DNA from: a virus
Virus record (IMG/VR): IMGVR_UViG_3300031521_000043
Span: 9,490 to 73,489 of that record
Strand: one strand, 5' to 3'
Length of the DNA stretch: 64,000 nucleotides
Part shown: positions 30,738-41,780 of the stretch, in pieces
Position numbering within the stretch: the first letter of the stretch is position 1
How the letters are laid out: each line of letters begins with the position of its first letter
The notes under the pieces: generated by a model
What the model was told of the DNA's origin: nothing
What the model saw: the letters and a program-made list of their open reading frames with translations, nothing else
The model's database searches: none
Translations under genes and position numbers: made by a program

Positions 30738-32726
30738 TTACAATACGGTTCCTTGAATATCGCTGTTTGGATATTTAACTTCAAATATTGATGGGTCTAA
30801 TGAAGGATAAATCATATCGTTTTGTGTCGCAGAGGCAATATCATACTCCACTGGTGAATAATTACCACCATTAGTAGTCAATGGCGTTTTATTTATAATA
30901 TCCAAAGATACTACGGTCTGTACTCCATCAACTTTAGCTATTTCCAACTTTAAACTACTGAGATTGATTGCTTGCGAAAATTCCCATTTATCGATAGCAA
31001 AAAAGTTTTGAACAGCAGAAATACAGTTTGATAACACATCTTTCTTGTTATAGCCCTTAAACGTTGTAATCACAAACTCTACACCAATGTTAATAATATA
31101 TCCATCTATAACGTTAATACCATCAGTAAGCATTCTATAACGTCTTAGATAGGTCAGTAGATTTGTGACCAATGCTTCATTGGATTGTGTTAAATTTCCA
31201 TTTTCATCAAATGATAACATGTACAAATTCACAGAAAATGGATTACTTCTATCAAAAGCTATTTTTCTAAAATAGTTTTGGGTATTAGAATTATTAACTG
31301 TCGCTACGTTATTTGAATCGACCGTTCCTGTTAAAATTTGATTTTGATTTACGTCCAAACTATTATAGGTTATAATTTGCGCCTTTGCAATGGAACCATA
31401 TTTTGCTGGTATAGCATATACTCTTGCTAGATAATCACTCTGAGTGACTATACGATTTTGAGAAGCAAATGATGCTATTGCATTTTGACGAATCATATCG
31501 TTACTCTCAGGGCCTGCGCCGCCTACGGTCGCCACGGAGTTATTTACTCGTAATGAGGTCTTGACAGTATTAAGCAAAGAAACTTGTTCAGGCGTCAATC
31601 CATCTAAATTGTTATTAATAGTTGATGCGTCAATGTTAATTATTGAATTTGAAGGTGAGTTTGATTCAAATCCACCGCCTACCGTATAGGTAACTGTTAA
31701 AGTTGTATTCGATGGAGCCAAACCATATGTGTCGTTCTTTAAAAAGTTAGAAGGGTCTAATGACAAATTTAAATTATTGATATTTGACAAGCCAACTCCT
31801 ACTTGTTGAGAACTTAAGTTAATAATTTCATCAGCAAATCCGTCTGTTCCTGCTCCAAACTCTAAGAATGTTCTGTTGTTTTCGTCTACATTTACTGTAA
31901 ATCTTTTTGATGTTTTAAGATAATTCAAAATGTATGGAACTGTTCCTTGATATTGTGAAAGAATTCCTTGGTTGGCTTCATCATTTGGTACATCAGTTAA
32001 TATCATTTCTTGAGATAAGAAATCTACTTGATGCCAGTTATTGTTATCAGCGTCAACGACGCTTATAATTTCCAACACATTATCTTCGTCAAGATACAAA
32101 TCCAAATAAGATTGCATATCCCCAACAGTAAATGTTTTTGTAACAACTCTTCCTGAACGAACATTGACCGTTTTTTGAAGTAAAAAGAATGTTGGAATGC
32201 CTGTAGAATCTCTCTGATATACAGATGATGTAAGTGGAGATAGGTTTGTATTAACCGAAAAATCCAATGATGTAGAAGTTAAAAATGAAGACCCTACGTT
32301 ATTAGATACTTGCATGTTTTCTTGAATACTCAATGCATAGTTATTGTCAGGAATATAACTTCCATTATTATTTGTAGTAGCAGGACAAATTTGAAATACG
32401 TCTACTGTTCCTGTTGCGCCTTTTGCTGGAGAAGTGGTATAACCCAAATATCTAGCCAATGCAATAATATTTTTTCTTTCTGTCGTATTATATAAAAGAC
32501 CTTCTTTAAAAGTATAATCGGTATAATATGACAAAACATCTCCAACATAAGATGCCATGTCTATAAACATCATTCCTGGTGCAGCATCATTAAAATCTGC
32601 GTAGGTATTAGGATAGTAATATTTAGCAAAATTAATTAAATTCTCACGAAAAGCCGAGAAATCTTTGTTAAGATATCTTACATCTTTGCTGCCCGGCTGA
32701 AATGATTTTTGTATTGTTGTGGACAT
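30738..32726 (-). CDS. Baseplate wedge protein, T4 gp6-like
   Basis: 'YLNKDF...YVGDVLSYY', 'EFG.G', 'SQNRIVTQSDY'; follows a gp25-like gene. Confidence 0.88.
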   Translation of the reverse strand: MSTTIQKSFQPGSKDVRYLNKDFSAFRENLINFAKYYYPNTYADFNDAAPGMMFIDMASYVGDVLSYYTDYTFKEGLLYNTTERKNIIALARYLGYTTSPAKGATGTVDVFQICPATTNNNGSYIPDNNYALSIQENMQVSNNVGSSFLTSTSLDFSVNTNLSPLTSSVYQRDSTGIPTFFLLQKTVNVRSGRVVTKTFTVGDMQSYLDLYLDEDNVLEIISVVDADNNNWHQVDFLSQEMILTDVPNDEANQGILSQYQGTVPYILNYLKTSKRFTVNVDENNRTFLEFGAGTDGFADEIINLSSQQVGVGLSNINNLNLSLDPSNFLKNDTYGLAPSNTTLTVTYTVGGGFESNSPSNSIINIDASTINNNLDGLTPEQVSLLNTVKTSLRVNNSVATVGGAGPESNDMIRQNAIASFASQNRIVTQSDYLARVYAIPAKYGSIAKAQIITYNSLDVNQNQILTGTVDSNNVATVNNSNTQNYFRKIAFDRSNPFSVNLYMLSFDENGNLTQSNEALVTNLLTYLRRYRMLTDGINVIDGYIINIGVEFVITTFKGYNKKDVLSNCISAVQNFFAIDKWEFSQAINLSSLKLEIAKVDGVQTVVSLDIINKTPLTTNGGNYSPVEYDIASATQNDMIYPSLDPSIFEVKYPNSDIQGTVL

Positions 32727-32727
32727 A

Positions 32728-33168
32728 TTACATCGTTGCATTGTTGATTGTTACTATCACAGTATCCGTCTGTTTTGTCAAATTTACAGTGAATGTTACA
32801 ACAATCTTTAACATATAAATATCAACATTATTTGATATTTCGTTACTTGTTAATAGATTTGCTGTAATATCGTTAACTGTGACATTTGGTATCCACGCCG
32901 AAATGTCTTCACTTACTACGTTTATCGCTTGTTCTTTTAGTGTTTCTTGATTTTGTTCAAACACCAAATTCCATAAACGAGTTCCAAATGTTGGTTGGAA
33001 TCGTCTTTCCCCCTGACGAGTATTAAGTAAATTTACTATATTTGTCTTGATTTGAGTCAACGTATCGAAAGATTGAGCAAAATATCCTGTATTTCCGTCT
33101 TGAATTGGAATAGTAATTCCAATCGGTTTTGCGGAAACCGTTTTCGATTGTGTAGTTGTTCTTGCCAT
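32728..33168 (-). CDS. Baseplate wedge/sheath initiator, T4 gp25-like
   Basis: 'NLLNTRQGERRFQPTFGTRL..LVFE', 'WIP.V' GPW/gp25 motif. Confidence 0.92.
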   Translation of the reverse strand: MARTTTQSKTVSAKPIGITIPIQDGNTGYFAQSFDTLTQIKTNIVNLLNTRQGERRFQPTFGTRLWNLVFEQNQETLKEQAINVVSEDISAWIPNVTVNDITANLLTSNEISNNVDIYMLKIVVTFTVNLTKQTDTVIVTINNATM

Positions 33169-33173
33169 AATAA

Positions 33174-33722
33174 TTATCCCATTGATACCCTACTTGGGTC
33201 GATACATCCACCGGTTTTTTTACTTTCGTCAATTTTCTTCAAAACTGCCCTAAAATCTTTTTTAAATACGTTCTTCAATACATCAGGAATTTCATTTCCT
33301 GAATCTAATACGGATTTTTGTTGTGGAATCATAGGAGAACTCCCGACCATTTGTTTTATAAATGCCATATTTGTTTTAGGCTGTACAACTCCAACATCTT
33401 CAGTATTACCTACTTTATCAAATTCTCCGCCCATTAATTCGGCTAAATTAGATGATAAATCTTGTCTTGGTAATGGTCGAGAGTATCTTGCCGTCTCAGA
33501 TAATACAGAGTTTAGTTTTGGATTCTTGGTATGAATTACTTCCGGAATAACTTCCTCTTCTTCGACTTGTTCTTCTAGTTTTGGTTTATCATTAGATTTT
33601 ATTTCTTTAACCATTTCAACCAACACCTTTCCCATTGCTTTACTTACTTCTTCAGCAACGGCCTTTCTAACTTCCTCTCTTACGAGTCCTCTTATAGCTT
33701 TTTTTAAATCATCTATTTTCAT
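33174..33722 (-). CDS. Hypothetical protein
   Basis: 182 aa ORF with 'LK.AIR.LVREEV' N-terminus. Confidence 0.7.
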   Translation of the reverse strand: MKIDDLKKAIRGLVREEVRKAVAEEVSKAMGKVLVEMVKEIKSNDKPKLEEQVEEEEVIPEVIHTKNPKLNSVLSETARYSRPLPRQDLSSNLAELMGGEFDKVGNTEDVGVVQPKTNMAFIKQMVGSSPMIPQQKSVLDSGNEIPDVLKNVFKKDFRAVLKKIDESKKTGGCIDPSRVSMG

Positions 33723-33740
33723 AATTTTGTGTGTGTTTTA

Positions 33741-35846
33741 TTATACAAATCTAGTTACATTTCCTCTGGATGTTGTTAATAATTTATTTTGTTTTTCTAC
33801 TTTAGTTACTTCTGTTTGTGCAACTGACACTGACGATTGAGCTGCTTTCTTTTGAGAATCTGCCAAGTTTGCATAATATTTTGATTTATCAGCTGCATCT
33901 TTAGCTTGTTCCTCTACTTTTATTCTCAAAAGTTCATTGTCTGTTGATGATGCGGTATCAGATGCAATTTTTGCAGTCTTTGCATATTGTTCAGCTAACA
34001 TTGCATTTGTGTTTGCTAAACTTGATTGTTGTTTAACCACAATCAAAGCATTTGATACTATAGAATCATTTACTCTTTTAGATAAATTAGTCACATCAGT
34101 AACCGCTTTTACAGCATCAGCCGCAGACGACTTTGCTGCTGCCGCTGAATCGGCCGCAGACTTTGCTGCTGCCGCCGTATCAATAATTTCGGTTTGCATC
34201 TGTTGTTTTTCAGATGAACTATATTTTCTGTTTACACCATTCCATCCTCCAGGAATGCCAGTTCCAGATGGAATAGTTATAGATACTGGCGGAACTCCAT
34301 TCGGAATACTTCCTCCATTCTGACCTGGAGCATATCCGCCGCCGACCACAAATACTCGTCTACTCATTAACAAATTCAATTTATCTCTTAATACAGTTAA
34401 AGATGCAGCTTCAACTGTCATTTGTGTTGATGGTGGGTCGGATTGACCTACATTTGGATGTGTATGTTTATACCAGTGGGTATGAATTAACAGCCAGTTA
34501 CACAAATCATATAACCAATTAACTGACGTCTGTCCTAACAATACAGGCTCATTAGTTTGATTATACTCTCCTAAATAAATAGCCGGGGAATTTAAGACCG
34601 TTTTGTTATTTGTAGTAATAACTATCTGATTTTGGGCGTCAACAGTATACTCATCATCGGTTACAAAAGACATTCTTTTCTTTGAATATTGAAACATTTC
34701 ATTCTTTTTAGCAGAAATTATGATTCTATCACTGTTCATTACCATCTGGTCACCAATGAGTTTTGGATAAATAAAGGAAGTTATTCCATTAAATTGTGGT
34801 TGTTCTTCAGACCCAACTCCCCACATTTTCTTAATACATGTGGTCTGAAATTGACTAAATGTTACGCCTGATGTAAGATGTATAGATGAACCATCATTGT
34901 TTATATCTTCCAACATATATCCACCAACATTTTTCTCTTCTTCAGTAGTCTTACTCAATGGTCTTTGTCGATTTCTTATCAAAAACATTGGATTTCCGCC
35001 GCCACACTCAGTCTTTGGAGAATTTGCAGAACCAGTCCACGGATTCATAATTCCATTGCCTTTATAATCAGTATAACCACTAAAATCAAAATTATAACCT
35101 CTATCGTTATTTCTATCATCGTCGTAAGCAGCGAACCTTATTGACTGACCAAAGCGGCTTTCAAATATTAAATCTCCTTCTCTTCGTTTAAGTGAACGAA
35201 TACGTGGATTGTAGTAAAAATATCTTCCTAATACTCCAGAATATCCTATACTTCCTATTAGATTTAGTTTGGAATTAGGACCGGAATAAGGAATGCTTGG
35301 GTCGGTAGTTTTTAAAATTAATTCACGATTACCATGAACAGCCTGAGATGCTAAATTATTAGACCTAAATCCACCTGCGTTTATTTCTACATTAAAATCG
35401 GCATCTGCATTTACTGTATTGAATGTATTAATTTTTCTGGTGTAATAATATTGACCAAGATAAAACACAACTCCAACCATTTCGTTTAACAGCGGATACT
35501 CTGAAATGTTTGATTCTAAAGGCATTGCCCAAATCAAATTTTCTTTTTCTACATTAGACTGATTATAAATTAATCTTACCAATGCACGACCGACCCACGT
35601 ATAATCTTTATCATCTTTTGATGCAGGCCTACCATTTATATCAACTGGCCATTGGTCTGGATTTAATTTAAAACTCTTACTTGTGAAGTAGGAATGATTT
35701 TTATCGAGGATAATATCAAGAACCACGGCGGGTTCTATTTCATAAAATTCGTCAGATAGGGACGATTTTGTTCCATATCTTGAAGACAATGAGGTGGAGT
35801 CTAAAGATGGAGAAGATGTACTAGATTTTCTATTCCAATATGACAT
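33741..35846 (-). CDS. Baseplate hub/spike protein (gp5/gpV-like) with Ala-rich C-terminal extension
   Basis: OB-fold-like 'EGDLIFESRFGQSIRF', 'NSDRIII', 'EPVLLG', tip motif 'HTHWYKHTH', then AAAAKS repeats. Confidence 0.7.
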   Translation of the reverse strand: MSYWNRKSSTSSPSLDSTSLSSRYGTKSSLSDEFYEIEPAVVLDIILDKNHSYFTSKSFKLNPDQWPVDINGRPASKDDKDYTWVGRALVRLIYNQSNVEKENLIWAMPLESNISEYPLLNEMVGVVFYLGQYYYTRKINTFNTVNADADFNVEINAGGFRSNNLASQAVHGNRELILKTTDPSIPYSGPNSKLNLIGSIGYSGVLGRYFYYNPRIRSLKRREGDLIFESRFGQSIRFAAYDDDRNNDRGYNFDFSGYTDYKGNGIMNPWTGSANSPKTECGGGNPMFLIRNRQRPLSKTTEEEKNVGGYMLEDINNDGSSIHLTSGVTFSQFQTTCIKKMWGVGSEEQPQFNGITSFIYPKLIGDQMVMNSDRIIISAKKNEMFQYSKKRMSFVTDDEYTVDAQNQIVITTNNKTVLNSPAIYLGEYNQTNEPVLLGQTSVNWLYDLCNWLLIHTHWYKHTHPNVGQSDPPSTQMTVEAASLTVLRDKLNLLMSRRVFVVGGGYAPGQNGGSIPNGVPPVSITIPSGTGIPGGWNGVNRKYSSSEKQQMQTEIIDTAAAAKSAADSAAAAKSSAADAVKAVTDVTNLSKRVNDSIVSNALIVVKQQSSLANTNAMLAEQYAKTAKIASDTASSTDNELLRIKVEEQAKDAADKSKYYANLADSQKKAAQSSVSVAQTEVTKVEKQNKLLTTSRGNVTRFV

Positions 35847-35848
35847 AG

Positions 35849-36223
35849 TTATTCTTTAGATATCTTTTTTATTTCTACTGGAGCGCAATTTGCTATATCA
35901 TTAATAGATGACATCAAAGCTTTCTTTTCTTCTTCTGATAGTCCCATAGAACCTCCGCCTGCCTCTGATGTAGCTTGTGCGGACATAATTCTTTGACAAA
36001 TTTGCGCCAATTTAACTAAATGTTCATCGTTGGAAATTCCTGCGTCAATATATTGTTTGATTAGTGGGACTACCTGCATTGCATCGTTAATGGTTTTAAT
36101 CATTGGACGCAAATCAGATATAAAGATTTCAATCTGTTCTTTTCGATTAGATTGATTTGTTACAATATCTTTACATAAATCCTTGAAGGATTTGCCATCA
36201 TATAAGTCTAAGTCTATATCCAT
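35849..36223 (-). CDS. Conserved hypothetical protein
   Basis: 124 aa helical ORF; TATTTATA motif 6 nt upstream. Confidence 0.75.
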   Translation of the reverse strand: MDIDLDLYDGKSFKDLCKDIVTNQSNRKEQIEIFISDLRPMIKTINDAMQVVPLIKQYIDAGISNDEHLVKLAQICQRIMSAQATSEAGGGSMGLSEEEKKALMSSINDIANCAPVEIKKISKE

Positions 36224-36255
36224 ACGCCCTATAAATAGAAACGTATGGATGTTTA

Positions 36256-37203
36256 TTAGACCTTTATGTAATTTTCAGTATTTATAGAACCTTTATTCGT
36301 ATAAGAACGAGAAATATTACTCTGATATTGTTTCATTTTGTTAATTACTTTTGTAATTTGTTGCGTTTTACAAGATGAAATTTCTCTAATATACAAATAT
36401 AATGCTTTTTTATTAAAGGCATCGATTCTATCTGAACTACGAAACAACTCAATTACTGCGTTAGCAATGTCCAAATCACGTTGTTTTGTAAAAATTTTAC
36501 CTACATTATTTTCCCAAAACTTTATCATCAGCCTAATAAATTCACGCATTTCTTCATCTTTATGATGAGAATCTTCAGTCTGTAATTGAACTGTATGTTC
36601 ATCATGTTCTTCCCCAATTTCTACATGTTGGTTTCGTCTTTTATATGTAGAATTATTTAAAGCTATTAAATAATGTTTTGCAATAATAGAAAAATATGAA
36701 AACGCTTTACCTTTGCCTGCCTCGAATTTATGCATATTTGACACCAAATGTGATACAGTTTCTTTTTGAACATCTAGTGGGCCTGTTTCAAAATAACTAA
36801 ATTTAAACGTATTGAATATATTTTCCACTAATTTTTCAAATGGATATTTGATTTTTGTATTATAAATTTCTTCCCTTACTTGCAAATCATCAGTTGCGTT
36901 GTATTTAATAATATAATCTTCAGTATCTTGGGTAAAATACATTTTATCTGTAGTGATTCCACTTTTACTTTTTCTACCACGTTTTTTTGGTAGGATTGGA
37001 GGTAAAATGCTCGGAGGTACAATAATTGGAGGCAAAGTTAATGTTAACGGTATGCTTTCTGTGACATTTGTTATAGGAGTAGTTTTTACTCTTTTTTTGT
37101 ATTGTTTTGTAACTCTTTTTTTATGTTTGATTGTAACTTTCTTTTGTTTTTTAACAATAGATTTATGTACACGACGAACCTTTAGAATTTTCTTTTTTTT
37201 CAT
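36256..37203 (-). CDS. Late-transcription sigma factor, T4 gp55-like
   Basis: Sigma region 2-like 'KFEAGKGKAFSYFSIIAKHYLI' (cf. gp55 'NPFAYFTQI'); basic disordered N-terminus. Confidence 0.7.
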   Translation of the reverse strand: MKKKKILKVRRVHKSIVKKQKKVTIKHKKRVTKQYKKRVKTTPITNVTESIPLTLTLPPIIVPPSILPPILPKKRGRKSKSGITTDKMYFTQDTEDYIIKYNATDDLQVREEIYNTKIKYPFEKLVENIFNTFKFSYFETGPLDVQKETVSHLVSNMHKFEAGKGKAFSYFSIIAKHYLIALNNSTYKRRNQHVEIGEEHDEHTVQLQTEDSHHKDEEMREFIRLMIKFWENNVGKIFTKQRDLDIANAVIELFRSSDRIDAFNKKALYLYIREISSCKTQQITKVINKMKQYQSNISRSYTNKGSINTENYIKV

Positions 37204-37209
37204 AGAGAC

Positions 37210-37506
37210 TTATTCCTCTTCAATTTCTTCTGTCGTTTCCTCGGTTCTATCGTTTAGACTCTTAATAAGAATCTTCATGTCTTGAAACACAATACCAACA
37301 TCGTCATCTTTTTCAAACATTTGTTTGTCGTCAAGCATCTTCATGTGAGCCCAAACCTTAAAGACTTGTTCTCTCCAATCAGATATCCAATCGACATAAA
37401 GTTCGTTTATAGCCAATTGACGCTCGCCGGCTTTCCAAAGAAAGACGTTAGCAACGATAGACCCAATCAACAACACCGTTAATAATATAACCAAAAAAAT
37501 TAGCAT
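37210..37506 (-). CDS. Small membrane-anchored protein
   Basis: N-terminal hydrophobic helix; 'FEKDDDVG' motif. Confidence 0.7.
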   Translation of the reverse strand: MLIFLVILLTVLLIGSIVANVFLWKAGERQLAINELYVDWISDWREQVFKVWAHMKMLDDKQMFEKDDDVGIVFQDMKILIKSLNDRTEETTEEIEEE

Positions 37507-37511
37507 GATGC

Positions 37512-37646
37512 TTATTCTTCTTCATATTGGGGTTCGTCTTGGAATTCTTGAACATATTCAAAAACTTCCATTACTAAATCCCAATCGTTTCTTTTTATGG
37601 CCTTTGTTAAGGACTCAACTATGTAATTTATATCTGTTTGATTCAT
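37512..37646 (-). CDS. Small acidic hypothetical protein (44 aa)
   Basis: MNQTDINYIVESLTKAIKRNDWDLVMEVFEYVQEFQDEPQYEEE read from the sequence; not in the ORF track. Confidence 0.6.
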   Translation of the reverse strand: MNQTDINYIVESLTKAIKRNDWDLVMEVFEYVQEFQDEPQYEEE

Positions 37647-37764
37647 CGTAGATTGCTAATGATTATAGCAATCGTGACATACATAGTTTAGTAATTAATC
37701 AAATGCTTAAAAATTTTAACTTTCTAAGTTTAGTATGTATTATTATTTTTGGCAAGTACCAAGT

Positions 37765-38751
37765 TTAGTTAATCTTAAACATCTGTTTAAAAAAATCACT
37801 CATTTCATTTTTTTTATGATGTGATTCTTCTATTTTTTGCTCGATTGGAAGTGGAGTCGAAGGTTCTGGTAAGATTGTCGGTTGGACTACTGTCTGTATT
37901 GATTGTATTGGTTCCGAAGGAATTTGTGGTAATTTATCATATACCGATTCATCTTCTTTTTTATATACAGCTACGTTATATGCTAAAATTAAACAAATAG
38001 CAAGAGGGTCAAATACAAATATAATACCTAAAATAAACCATTTTACTACAGTATCTAATGGCAATTTCAATGCATCTGCAACAAATTTAAAAGTTTGAAT
38101 ATCTTTTTTGTTTGCGGTTCCTAATTTTAATTCGTTAACTTGATTGTCAATTTTAGAAATACCATCTATTGAATCTTGTATTTTTGTATTTTCGTCTTTA
38201 ATATTTTTATCCGTATCATTTATTAAATCGACATTCTGTTGTTGAAGTTGTTTTAATTGTACAGGATTTCGTGCAATATATTCATTAGTTAACACTTGTG
38301 ACATCCTAGATTCTTCAGACGAACGAAGAACAGTCAAATCGGCTATTCTTTTTTTAGATGCATCAATCTTATCATGAAAATACGATTTTTGATTTTCTAT
38401 GGATGTAATTTTTTCTTGTGTAACATTAAACTCGATAGACGATTTTTGATATGCGGCTGATAAATATCCAAAAATTCCCAATGATGTAATAACCATTAAC
38501 ACTATTATGGCGATGACTAAGTAAGTCTTTAAAAATCCTGTACATTTTGTCCAGTATCTATATAAAAATGTCGTTCCTACTAACTTGCCGATTTCTAATG
38601 ATGATGCCATTACCATTGCGGATATAGAAGCTCCTGCAAATAACGTAGCAATACCGTATACACTAAAAAACGCCGCACACAGAGCTATTAACAATGCGGA
38701 AACTCCTAATATTAACGGAAATTTAGAATGAGGCAATAGTTTGTCTTTCAT
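37765..38751 (-). CDS. Membrane protein with coiled-coil domain
   Basis: Three N-terminal TM helices, 'LEIGK', 'TSLGIFGYLS', coiled coil, TM 'IFVFDPLA'. Confidence 0.8.
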   Translation of the reverse strand: MKDKLLPHSKFPLILGVSALLIALCAAFFSVYGIATLFAGASISAMVMASSLEIGKLVGTTFLYRYWTKCTGFLKTYLVIAIIVLMVITSLGIFGYLSAAYQKSSIEFNVTQEKITSIENQKSYFHDKIDASKKRIADLTVLRSSEESRMSQVLTNEYIARNPVQLKQLQQQNVDLINDTDKNIKDENTKIQDSIDGISKIDNQVNELKLGTANKKDIQTFKFVADALKLPLDTVVKWFILGIIFVFDPLAICLILAYNVAVYKKEDESVYDKLPQIPSEPIQSIQTVVQPTILPEPSTPLPIEQKIEESHHKKNEMSDFFKQMFKIN

Positions 38752-38752
38752 T

Positions 38753-39769
38753 TTATAATTGATATCCTACCATAGCAACAGCCCAACCATTGTTAAAATT
38801 TGAACCTTGCCTATTAAAGAAAATAGTACCATCGGTATTTAATGGAAAAATTCCTTGTGATGCTCCAATGCCAGCTCCAGAACCTCCGCCTTGGCCGCCA
38901 GTCATTAACAAAAATTTACTAGATGAATTCGTCAATTGGATGTAGACGTATCCAGCAACACCTCCGTTTTGACTGTCAGAATGGGAACCAATTAAAATAA
39001 CAGTTGAAGCATTTATTGGAGTTGTTGTATTTGATACCACATTCCAAGCTCCACTTATTGGAGTCGTTATTGCGGCGGTATATACCGCATTTGAATAATT
39101 TGCTCCAGGGAATGATTGTGATACATGTTGGCCTACAAAATTTGGATTTGTATATGGATATGCGCATCCATAAGCAATAACATACGGAGTATTAAAAAAC
39201 ACTATACTACTTTTTGAACTTACGGCATATGATGCAGTTAAAGCGTTAGATGAACTTATGGCATATGATGCAGTAGTAGCGACGGAGGCATTCGTAGAAT
39301 TTGATGAGTTTGAGGAATACGATGATGTTACGGCATATGATGCAGTTAAAGCGTTAGATGAACTTAATGAACTACTTGCATATGATGAAGATTTAGCAAA
39401 TAGCGATTGTGACGCCCAAGATGATGACACAGAAGTAGAAGTTCCACCCAATACAGATAATGCAAAAGACGATGTTATTGCAAAGCTGGAGGTTATAGAC
39501 ATCGATGCAGTTGAATTGTTAGGATATATCAAATAACTAGAACTTTTTGATGTATTGCTATTGGCAGACAAACTACTTGAAATTGAATATGATGATGATA
39601 TAGATGAAAATGATGCATTAGATGTCACCGAGGATGAAATCCAATTAGCTATCGTCTGTAATGGTGTATTGAATGTTGTAGTTGTAGATTGTTGAACAAT
39701 CGGTATATAATCACTTGACGATACTACATTTAAAGGATTTAGTTGACTAATTGGTATGCTTGTTGCCAT
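38753..39769 (-). CDS. Tail fibre-like protein with Ser/Ala (ASYA) repeats
   Basis: 'ISQL' N-terminus and TASYA repeats; ATG at 39769. Confidence 0.7.
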   Translation of the reverse strand: MATSIPISQLNPLNVVSSSDYIPIVQQSTTTTFNTPLQTIANWISSSVTSNASFSSISSSYSISSSLSANSNTSKSSSYLIYPNNSTASMSITSSFAITSSFALSVLGGTSTSVSSSWASQSLFAKSSSYASSSLSSSNALTASYAVTSSYSSNSSNSTNASVATTASYAISSSNALTASYAVSSKSSIVFFNTPYVIAYGCAYPYTNPNFVGQHVSQSFPGANYSNAVYTAAITTPISGAWNVVSNTTTPINASTVILIGSHSDSQNGGVAGYVYIQLTNSSSKFLLMTGGQGGGSGAGIGASQGIFPLNTDGTIFFNRQGSNFNNGWAVAMVGYQL

Positions 39770-39773
39770 ATTT

Positions 39774-41777
39774 TTATATATCGTATAATGTTGTCCACGC
39801 AAATGTATTATTTAAAGTCGTAACATTTGTTAATGATGTAAGACTTAAAGTTCCATTGCCTCTTATATCAAGAGTTCCACTTACCATTCCATTTGATACT
39901 AAATTTGATGTTATATTATCTATGGCAACTGTAGAAAAACTACAACTATATGCTGATAAATATGACATACTAAGTGGTAGTGACGGTAAAAGTTGTATAG
40001 GGTTGTTATTTATTGACAAATAACTTAACGATATAGGAAGTATAACAGATGTTAAATTATTATTGGTAAATGACATAGTCGTTACCGTGATTGGCATGCT
40101 GGATATATTACTAATAGTGTTAAAACTTCCATTTATACTAATCATTCCATATGGTAAACTTATAGGCAATGATGATAGATTATTATGAGAACAATCCAAA
40201 TATGACAACGTCACAGGTAAATTTAACGAAGTTAAAACATTACTTGAACAATCCAAATATGACATTGAATTTGGAAAATTTGGCAATGAAGTCAACATAT
40301 TGTGACTACAATTAAGAAAATTCAATGATGATGATTCAAATGTATAAAAAGACGATATCAAACAATTTGAACAAGATAAATAAGTCAAAGAATTAGGTAC
40401 ACCGCTAATGTAAGATAATAATGTGTTATTTGAAAATGTTGAAGCCGTCACATTTTGTAATAACCAAAAATACTTTATAGAATAGAAGTTTTGATTTGAT
40501 GCATTTATTGTGTATATCTGTTTTCCTAAAGACATTGAATATTGTAATCCAACGGTATTATCAGTGAATGGGCCTCCATCTGTAGATGTAAAAGTAAACG
40601 TGGCAGTATTTGATGGATATACATCAAAACTAATAGGTTCGTTTGAATATTCAGAAAAGTTATCACTCTCACTTTGAATATTAAACCTAGATGTTCTTGT
40701 TGAATCTATTTCTAAATTATTTGATGCGCTAATAAATACCATATAAGACCCATACAATGATGCTTGACCCATTAATGAGAATGGTTGTTTTATCGAACCA
40801 CTATCATAATTTCCCCAAGTTCCCAGCGTAGGACTTAATTTAAAATCTATAGAAGTAGAATCTAACACAGTTTGCATACCTGTGTTTCTATCCAACACGG
40901 CCATATATAATATACCTGTGGTTGGAGCTGATGAAGTAAATGGAATTTTTAAAGTTCCCATTGATTCAATTGGTGTTCTTGCGCTTCCTGATGTTGACCA
41001 GAAAATATCTACAGTATCCAATTGAGATTTTGTTGCAGATTGTGTATTTGCTAAGAATACGCCTTGACAACTTATAATATTAGCAAATGATTTTGCCTTC
41101 AAAGCGTATGATGCAGTACCATTGTTTGGCGATGATATCAAATAACTGGAAGAATTAGAAAATCCCGAATTTGCTACTTGAGCAACAAATGCGTATGATG
41201 CGGTAGCAATTGACGCTCCCGTTGTGTTGTTTAAATATGATGCGGTGTCTGCATTAACTGCATTATTTACTTGGCCTGTTTTAATTGCATATGATGCGGT
41301 TCCATTGTCTCCGCCGAAATATAACAATTTAGATGTAACATTCGATGTTACAGAATTTGCTGCAATTAAAGCATATGATGCCGTTCCGTTTGGAACGCCT
41401 GAATATATCAAAAATGATGATGAGTTAGAACTATTATTTAAAGCGAATGACGCCGTTTGTGCGAAGTCTGCGAATGACGCACTTGTTGCGTTTGTTGCTG
41501 TATTTGCCTGGTTTGCGTTTAATGCTACTAATGCCGTGTTGGCATTATATGAGTTAAGTACATACCCATCTACGTTACTACCTAAAACATATGATGCTGT
41601 TCCTGCGTTTACGACTACGCTGCCTGTACCACGAATCCAAATATCTAACTCCGAGGCTTTAATTCGTTTTGATTCTCTAGCAGTAACATCAATTATTAGA
41701 AATAAGTCATTGGGTTGAACTTCCGCTGACGTCAATTCTACTAACTGTGATACTCTTTTATTTCCTGTTGTTGGCAT
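39774..41777 (-). CDS. Tail fibre-like protein with C-terminal leucine-rich repeats
   Basis: 'RVSQL' N-terminus, NGTASYA repeats, 'LSYLDCSHNNLSSLP' LRRs. Confidence 0.8.
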   Translation of the reverse strand: MPTTGNKRVSQLVELTSAEVQPNDLFLIIDVTARESKRIKASELDIWIRGTGSVVVNAGTASYVLGSNVDGYVLNSYNANTALVALNANQANTATNATSASFADFAQTASFALNNSSNSSSFLIYSGVPNGTASYALIAANSVTSNVTSKLLYFGGDNGTASYAIKTGQVNNAVNADTASYLNNTTGASIATASYAFVAQVANSGFSNSSSYLISSPNNGTASYALKAKSFANIISCQGVFLANTQSATKSQLDTVDIFWSTSGSARTPIESMGTLKIPFTSSAPTTGILYMAVLDRNTGMQTVLDSTSIDFKLSPTLGTWGNYDSGSIKQPFSLMGQASLYGSYMVFISASNNLEIDSTRTSRFNIQSESDNFSEYSNEPISFDVYPSNTATFTFTSTDGGPFTDNTVGLQYSMSLGKQIYTINASNQNFYSIKYFWLLQNVTASTFSNNTLLSYISGVPNSLTYLSCSNCLISSFYTFESSSLNFLNCSHNMLTSLPNFPNSMSYLDCSSNVLTSLNLPVTLSYLDCSHNNLSSLPISLPYGMISINGSFNTISNISSMPITVTTMSFTNNNLTSVILPISLSYLSINNNPIQLLPSLPLSMSYLSAYSCSFSTVAIDNITSNLVSNGMVSGTLDIRGNGTLSLTSLTNVTTLNNTFAWTTLYDI

Positions 41778-41780
41778 AAA

